A stretch of DNA of 4,591 nucleotides from positions 1-4,591 of the IMG/VR virus record IMGVR_UViG_2579778535_000001; one strand, given 5' to 3'. Below, piece after piece: positions 1 through 3,701 of the stretch. The notes under the pieces are model-generated. The model was not told the DNA's origin, ran no database searches, and worked only from the letters and a program-made list of their open reading frames with translations. The position numbers were made by a program, and so were the translations under genes. This DNA comes from a virus. Lineage: Duplodnaviria; Heunggongvirae; Uroviricota; Caudoviricetes. Every line of letters starts with the position of its first letter. Within the stretch, counting starts at the first letter, position 1.

Positions 1-81
1 TCCAGTGATTAACACAGATGCTATAGCAATAGCCCCGCCACTTATCGCCGCTATTACGCTATTTCGTAGTGCCGGTGACAT
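1..81 (-). CDS. SAR-type endolysin, N-terminal fragment (gene continues beyond the left edge of the window)
   Basis: Minus-strand ATG at 81..79, in a different frame from the holin and overlapping its last 23 nt. Translation to the window edge is MSPALRNSVIAAISGGAIAIASVLITG, a Gly/Ala-rich signal-anchor-release style N-terminus like that of phage 21 R (recalled, not searched). Missed by the ORF track because it runs off the window. Confidence 0.7.
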   Translation of the reverse strand, partial: MSPALRNSVIAAISGGAIAIASVLITG

Positions 82-262
82 TGCCATTCAATCTGTCCTC
101 GCGCTCTTTGCGCTTGTAGTACCAGTTGATGCCAAATGTGCCGACAGTACAAAGAATACCAATGATGACAGCCCAGTCATTCAGGGAGAGAATGCCACCC
201 ATCGCAGTCAGTCCTCCGAAGCTGTAACTGAACCATTCTCTGATTTTGTCCATACGGTACAT
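59..262 (-). CDS. Phage holin, class II / pinholin-like (67 aa), with possible dual start Met1/Met4
   Basis: The 67-aa ORF starts MYRMDKI, has two Gly-rich hydrophobic segments (FSYSFGGLTAMGGILSL and AVIIGILCTVGTFGINWYY) and a highly charged C-terminal tail (KRKEREDR...). It lies downstream of Q, PR' and tR' in the same orientation and directly upstream of a SAR endolysin start. Purine-rich SD-like sequence (GAAGGGG) lies upstream of the ATG. Confidence 0.8.
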   Translation of the reverse strand: MYRMDKIREWFSYSFGGLTAMGGILSLNDWAVIIGILCTVGTFGINWYYKRKEREDRLNGNVTGTTK

Positions 263-268
263 GCTCTA

Positions 269-284
269 CCCCTTCATTGAGGGG
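269..284 (-). promoter_or_regulatory. Small hairpin overlapping the holin ribosome-binding region (sdi-like translational control element)
   Basis: Minus-strand RNA CCCCU-CAAUGA-AGGGG (5-bp stem, 6-nt loop) lies 7-22 nt upstream of the holin ATG and sequesters the SD-like purines. Position is analogous to the lambda S sdi structure. Confidence 0.4.
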
Positions 285-506
285 ATTTGCTCTATTTAAT
301 TAGGAATAAGGTCGATTACTGATAGAACAAATCCAGGCTACTGTGTTTAGTAATCAGATTTGTTCGTGACCGATATGCACGGGCAAAACGGCATGAGGTT
401 GTTAGCGCAACCTCTTGCCACCCGCTTTCACGAAGGTCATGTGTAGAAGGCCGCAGCGTAACTATCAACGATGAATTCATGATAGCCAGTGGCTACGGCT
501 CAGTTA

Positions 507-582
507 TGGTGCTGGTTAACGGACTTGAACCGCTACCCATTCGCTTACAAGGCGACTGCTCTACCATTGGAGCTAAACCAGC
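507..582 (-). tRNA. tRNA-Thr (anticodon UGU), 76 nt with encoded CCA
   Basis: Manual cloverleaf on the minus strand: acceptor GCTGGTT/AACCAGC (7 bp), D stem GCTC/GAGC, anticodon loop CTTGTAA (TGT), T stem AGCGG/CCGTT with T loop TTCAAGT, 3' terminal ACCA. Anticodon stem has one G-A mismatch at its top. Confidence 0.8.
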
Positions 583-587
583 ATATT

Positions 588-662
588 TGGCGGGACAGCG
601 TGGACTCGAACCACGATAAGAAGGTTAACAGCCTTCCGTAATTACCTTTATACGACTGACCC
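588..662 (-). tRNA. tRNA-Asn (anticodon GUU), 75 nt with encoded CCA; acceptor stem has a U4-U69 mismatch
   Basis: Manual cloverleaf on the minus strand: acceptor GGGTCAG/CTGTCCC (6 of 7 pairs), anticodon stem GAAGG/CCTTC, anticodon loop CTGTTAA (GTT), T stem CGTGG/CCACG with T loop TTCGAGT, discriminator G then CCA. Anticodon and T loops match E. coli tRNA-Asn as recalled. D stem is only 3 bp. Confidence 0.7.
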
Positions 663-666
663 AAAT

Positions 667-723
667 AAAAAATCCCGAAACCGTTGTGCAGGCTCTAACT
701 ATTACCTGCGAACTGTTTCGGGA
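667..723 (-). terminator. Rho-independent terminator (tR'-like) ending the short late leader transcript
   Basis: On the minus strand a 9-bp GC-containing stem (UCCCGAAAC paired with GUUUCGGGA, inner secondary pairing GCAGG/CCUGC) is followed directly by UUUUUUAUUU. It lies about 190 nt downstream of the predicted PR' start, matching the lambda 6S RNA length. Confidence 0.8.
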
Positions 724-859
724 TTGCATTTTGCAGACCTCTCAGCCTGCGATGGTTGGAGTTCCAGACGATACGTCGAAGTGACCAACTAGGCGGAATC
801 GGTAGTAAGCGCCGCCTCTTTTTATCTCACTACCACAACGAGCGAATTAACCCATCGTT
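667..859 (-). ncRNA. 6S-like late leader transcript (PR' to tR'), including the qut pause region
   Basis: Interval between the predicted PR' start (about 859) and the terminator is non-coding, about 193 nt, and contains the AACGAT -10-like pause element at 859..854. Boundaries inferred, not measured. Confidence 0.5.
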
Positions 860-865
860 GGGTCA

Positions 866-894
866 AATTTACCCAACTTTATTCAAAAAGTCAA
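866..894 (-). promoter_or_regulatory. Late promoter PR' with embedded Q-utilisation (qut) site
   Basis: Minus strand TTGACT (894..889), 17-nt spacer, TAAATT (871..866), located 43 nt downstream of the Q stop codon. Followed by the AACGAT pause-inducing element. Closely resembles lambda PR' as recalled. Confidence 0.7.
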
Positions 895-936
895 TATCAT
901 GCCGTTAATATGTTGCCATCCGTGGCAATCATGCTG

Positions 937-1560
937 CTAACGTGTGACCGCATTCAAAATGTTGTCTGCGATTGACTCTTCTTTGTGGCATTGCACCACC
1001 AGAGCGTCATACAGCGGCTTAACAGTGCGTGACCAGGTGGGTTGGGTAAGGTTTGGGATTAGCATCGTCACAGCGCGATATGCTGCGCTTGCTGGCATCC
1101 TTGAATAGCCGACGCCTTTGCATCTTCCGCACTCTTTCTCGACAACTCTCCCCCACAGCTCTGTTTTGGCTATATCAACCGCACGACCTGTACCGTGGCA
1201 ATCTCTGCATCTTGCCCCCGGCGTCGCGGCACTACGGCAATAATCCGCATAAGCGAATGTTGCGAGCACTTGCAGTACCTTTGCCTTAGTATTTCCTTCA
1301 AGCTTTGCAACGCCACGGTATTTCCCCGATACCTTGTGTGCAAATTGCATCAGATAGTTGATAGCCTTTTGTTTGTCGTTCTGGCTGAGTTCATGCTTAC
1401 CGCAGAATGCAGCCATTCCGAATCCGGCTTGTGATTGCGCCATCCCCATAGCAGCCATCACATCAGTACCGGAAAGAGAGTCAGAAGCCGTAGCCCGTGG
1501 TGAGTCGCTCATCATCGGGCTTTTTGGCGAATGAAATTTAGCTACGCTTTCGAGTCTCAT
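937..1560 (-). CDS. Q: Late gene antiterminator Q, lambda type (207 aa)
   Basis: 207-aa ORF beginning MRLESVAKFHSPKSPMMSD with the zinc-binding CRDCHGTG ... CGRCKG motif; near-identical to lambda Q as recalled. Start ATG overlaps the ninH stop (ATGA). Confidence 0.95.
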   Translation of the reverse strand: MRLESVAKFHSPKSPMMSDSPRATASDSLSGTDVMAAMGMAQSQAGFGMAAFCGKHELSQNDKQKAINYLMQFAHKVSGKYRGVAKLEGNTKAKVLQVLATFAYADYCRSAATPGARCRDCHGTGRAVDIAKTELWGRVVEKECGRCKGVGYSRMPASAAYRAVTMLIPNLTQPTWSRTVKPLYDALVVQCHKEESIADNILNAVTR

Positions 1561-1745
1561 CGTCTTCCCTTTGTGCCTGGCGTGACCATCAGGACGCCGT
1601 TAACTATTACGTGACGCTCGCCTTTGCTGTCTCGGTCGTACTTGAGCACTGTTCCTCTTGCGCAGGAAAGCATCCTCGCCACTTCGGTCTGATTGCCTCG
1701 TGTCTGGATAAGAAGCTCTGGTATCGTTTGAATTGTGGCGTTCAT
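1557..1745 (-). CDS. ninH: NinH-like small protein (62 aa)
   Basis: 62 aa containing NQTEVAR...RGTV.KY...IVN.VLMV, conserved with lambda NinH as recalled. Sits immediately upstream of Q as in lambda; start overlaps the rusA stop (ATGA). Confidence 0.8.
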   Translation of the reverse strand: MNATIQTIPELLIQTRGNQTEVARMLSCARGTVLKYDRDSKGERHVIVNGVLMVTPGTKGRR

Positions 1746-2104
1746 GCGTTCTCCAGTTCGGTGATTTTTATTCCAAGCCTTCCGCCTGGTACTTTCACGC
1801 CACGAATTACGCGGATGTCATCGAATTGCTCGTCGTCTTCCGCAAATCCGGCGTGGATAAGGGAGTCGAGTAAACCTTTCAGGATGTTGTCGAGGTCGCG
1901 GCGGCGGGAGTCTGGAACGTCTGCGATGACTTTGATGCGGAGTCGTGATTTGGTGAAAATGTCTAACTTAAGTTGGCGGATTATTTGCTGTACATCTTTT
2001 CGGTATTTCTGGCCTTTATCGCTGATGTAGTATTGGCTTCCCCGTCTTCGCCAGTAGGTATTCAGCGACGGTGGGTACGGAAGTGTGAATCTGTATTCTG
2101 CCAT
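1742..2104 (-). CDS. rusA: RusA-family Holliday junction resolvase (120 aa)
   Basis: 120 aa with LPYPPSLNTYW, RRRDLDN and GGRLGIKITE motifs characteristic of RusA endonucleases, including the acidic residues of the RusA catalytic motif. Position equivalent to rusA in DLP12-like prophages. Confidence 0.9.
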   Translation of the reverse strand: MAEYRFTLPYPPSLNTYWRRRGSQYYISDKGQKYRKDVQQIIRQLKLDIFTKSRLRIKVIADVPDSRRRDLDNILKGLLDSLIHAGFAEDDEQFDDIRVIRGVKVPGGRLGIKITELENA

Positions 2105-2629
2105 TTATCCTCTCCCATGATTATGGTGATACCCCAATCGTGATTCCGCCAATTTTCTGGCATTAACGGCTAGAGATATGTCATCGTATAATCCAAGAAA
2201 TATCTTTTTATTATCACTGTTTATATATGCTCCCCACTTTTTATTCTTCTTATAGTAGGCAACACCCATTACTCCAGAGCGATTATTAATAGGCTTTTTT
2301 CTGTTCCTTGAGTTCTGTTTATCATCTACAACGCGCAAATTGCATATTCTGTTATCGCTTTTAATTCCATTTATGTGGTCAATTTCCCCATCAGGTTCGC
2401 TTCCATAAAAAGATATCCATGCGATTCTATGAGCTCGACAAACTTTTTTATTTACAGATATACGAACGTATCCCTTTTCATCTATAGAACCAGCAATCTT
2501 ACCGGCATATGTTGAATTCCAGCACTCTCTTACACTTTCTCTTCTTTTGTATATAAACAAACCTGTTTCGCTATTATATTCATACAATTCATTGATTTCT
2601 TTTTGTGTTGGATATCTTTTACCGTTCAT
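2105..2629 (-). CDS. HNH homing-endonuclease-like protein with C-terminal AP2-type DNA-binding domain (174 aa)
   Basis: Contains GYVRISVNKK...RAHRIAW...EIDHINGIKSDNRICNLRVV...QNSRNRK (HNH_3-type motif) followed by GVMGVAYYKKNKKWGAYIN...IFLGLYDD (AP2-like). Gene is markedly AT-rich by eye compared with its neighbours. Stop TAA is immediately followed by the rusA ATG; start overlaps the ybcO stop (ATGA). Confidence 0.9.
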   Translation of the reverse strand: MNGKRYPTQKEINELYEYNSETGLFIYKRRESVRECWNSTYAGKIAGSIDEKGYVRISVNKKVCRAHRIAWISFYGSEPDGEIDHINGIKSDNRICNLRVVDDKQNSRNRKKPINNRSGVMGVAYYKKNKKWGAYINSDNKKIFLGLYDDISLAVNARKLAESRLGYHHNHGRG

Positions 2630-2916
2630 GACTTAATCTTCCCCTCCTTCAGCAGTATCGCCTGCGTCCTGATCACGCCTTCGAGGTGGTAAAGTCTGGC
2701 GTCTTTGTTGTCGAGATTATGGGTGCGTCGGTCGATTTCATCGTGACACGCGCTACAAGCCCATGCGCCGATCAGGTCGTCAGGCTTCATTCCCGTTCCG
2801 CAAATTCCAGCCATCCGGTAATGTGCCAGAACTGTAGTTTCAGGGTTGCCATTGCATACGCCGTAAATACGTACCTGGCATTCTCTTCCGCGCGCTTCTT
2901 TGCGTAGGTTAGCCAT
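2626..2916 (-). CDS. ybcO: YbcO-like DUF1364 protein (96 aa), Cys-rich putative metal-binding protein
   Basis: MANLRKEARGRECQVRI..CNGNPET.VLAH.R..G.CGTG.KP.DL....ACSACHDEIDRRTH closely matches DLP12 YbcO as recalled. Good SD (GAGGGAAGG) upstream of the ATG. Confidence 0.85.
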   Translation of the reverse strand: MANLRKEARGRECQVRIYGVCNGNPETTVLAHYRMAGICGTGMKPDDLIGAWACSACHDEIDRRTHNLDNKDARLYHLEGVIRTQAILLKEGKIKS

Positions 2917-3121
2917 TTACCTTCCCTCGCAATTGAAGAATTGACTGAAGGTCTTTTTTAATAAATATGCGAGTGCGAATTGAGCAGTAGTTTTCCTTCA
3001 TTCTGGCGTAGTAATAGTCCTTTCTTTGCTTAAGTTTGTTGGCATCCGCTGTCATCCAGTCTTTTACAGCAAACTTAATTAGCCAGCGGTGGCAGAGATA
3101 CCATTTCAGGTAATCACTCAT
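2909..3121 (-). CDS. Hypothetical small basic protein (70 aa), AT-rich moron-like ORF of unknown function
   Basis: ORF with a strong SD (GAGGAAGAAG) upstream of its ATG. Start overlaps the ninF stop and its stop overlaps the ybcO start, so it is embedded in the translationally coupled operon. Trp/Lys/Tyr-rich; I recognise no family. Confidence 0.55.
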   Translation of the reverse strand: MSDYLKWYLCHRWLIKFAVKDWMTADANKLKQRKDYYYARMKENYCSIRTRIFIKKDLQSILQLRGKVNG

Positions 3122-3284
3122 CGTCTTCTTCCTCGTACATTGAGCTATTCGGATCGCTCATCAGTTCTGCGCAGCAATCGGAGCACACGTGAACTTCCAG
3201 CACATGCAGCTTCTGACCGCAGTTAGCGCACGTTAAAGCCCGCTCGACACTTTCTTGTTCGTAACTTCGATTTGGGTCAATCAC
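3114..3284 (-). CDS. ninF: NinF-like protein (56 aa) with CxxC...CC zinc-ribbon-like motif; probable GTG start
   Basis: C-terminal part of the 220-aa track ORF. Sequence [51 protein letters not shown] matches lambda NinF as recalled. GTG at 3284..3282 overlaps the ninE stop (GTGA) and has GAGGAAAA upstream. An in-frame ATG at 3308 is an alternative start but lacks an SD. Confidence 0.75.
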   Translation of the reverse strand: MIDPNRSYEQESVERALTCANCGQKLHVLEVHVCSDCCAELMSDPNSSMYEEEDDE

Positions 3285-3457
3285 CTTGTTTTCCTCATGC
3301 GGTTCCATTTGGCCTGTAACAGCCAGTAGACATAATCGAATGTCTTTACCTGGCTTTCTGTGGGGATTGGTTTCTTGCGGGATTTGGTGCGTTTGGTAGG
3401 AGTAAAAATCAGGTTGTCTAACGCTATTTGAGTAATACTTCGTCGCTGTCTCGCCAT
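3281..3457 (-). CDS. ninE: NinE-like protein (58 aa)
   Basis: Hand translation gives [58 protein letters not shown], resembling lambda NinE (MRRQRRSIT... basic C-terminus) as recalled. GGAGG SD 4 nt upstream of the ATG. Not in the ORF track because it is under 60 aa. Confidence 0.75.
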   Translation of the reverse strand: MARQRRSITQIALDNLIFTPTKRTKSRKKPIPTESQVKTFDYVYWLLQAKWNRMRKTR

Positions 3458-3479
3458 ACGTCCTCCGTTTCCTGCGGTA

Positions 3480-3701
3480 GTGGTAAAACTCCTGTTGGTG
3501 TTCTTTCACACCGGAGACACCATCGATTCCAGTAAGGCTGTCCTGGTCGAAAGCGATCGTCTTCCTTTCACCAGCGCGGAACGTCAGCGTCTGAAAGAGC
3601 TGGAACGTGAAAATCGTGAACTGCGCCGCAGTAACGATATCCTTCGCCAGGCTTCCGCTTATTTTGCGAAGGCGGAGTTCGACCGCCTCTGGAAAAAATG
3701 A
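3480..3701 (+). pseudogene. Remnant of IS3-family transposase orfA (5'-truncated); only the C-terminal leucine-zipper part is IS-derived
   Basis: C-terminal roughly 40 aa ([41 protein letters not shown]) match the C-terminus of IS629-like OrfA as recalled. The N-terminal roughly 30 aa have no HTH character and are encoded by phage-side sequence. Full-length orfA (about 108 aa) would have to start near 3375, inside ninE. Confidence 0.7.

Noticed and set aside
5-280. 91-aa plus-strand ORF overlapping the holin
   Set aside because: It is antisense to a well-supported holin gene that has an SD, dual start, TMDs and correct operon context. It has no SD, a non-ATG start and no recognisable features, so it is a shadow ORF.
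263-506. Possible toxin cargo (for example stx) or a third tRNA between the tRNAs and the holin
   Set aside because: The interval is only about 245 bp, has no long ORF and no T-arm or anticodon-arm signature; it looks like conserved lambda-type leader sequence, so the canonical Q-S cargo site carries only the two tRNAs.
521-535. TGAACCGC motif resembling the terminal inverted repeat of IS3-family elements
   Set aside because: It lies inside the tRNA-Thr T arm (GGACTTGAACCGC), far from the IS remnant; chance similarity to the conserved tRNA T-loop region.
1053-1434. Plus-strand ORFs of 78 and 79 aa inside Q
   Set aside because: They are antisense to the strongly supported Q gene, have Ser/Arg/Leu-rich shadow-ORF composition and no SD.
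1611-2030. 139-aa plus-strand ORF
   Set aside because: Antisense to ninH and rusA; Ser/Arg/Cys-rich low-complexity translation typical of the reverse frame of a real gene.
2686-2907. 73-aa plus-strand ORF
   Set aside because: Antisense to ybcO, which has strong recalled homology and a good SD; no independent support.
2935-2965. Plus-strand TTGACT ... AT-rich -10-like sequence suggesting an antisense promoter within orf70
   Set aside because: Spacing to any good -10 hexamer is poor and only tiny plus-strand ORFs (7-18 aa) follow; the AT-richness of this acquired segment makes promoter-like hexamers likely by chance.
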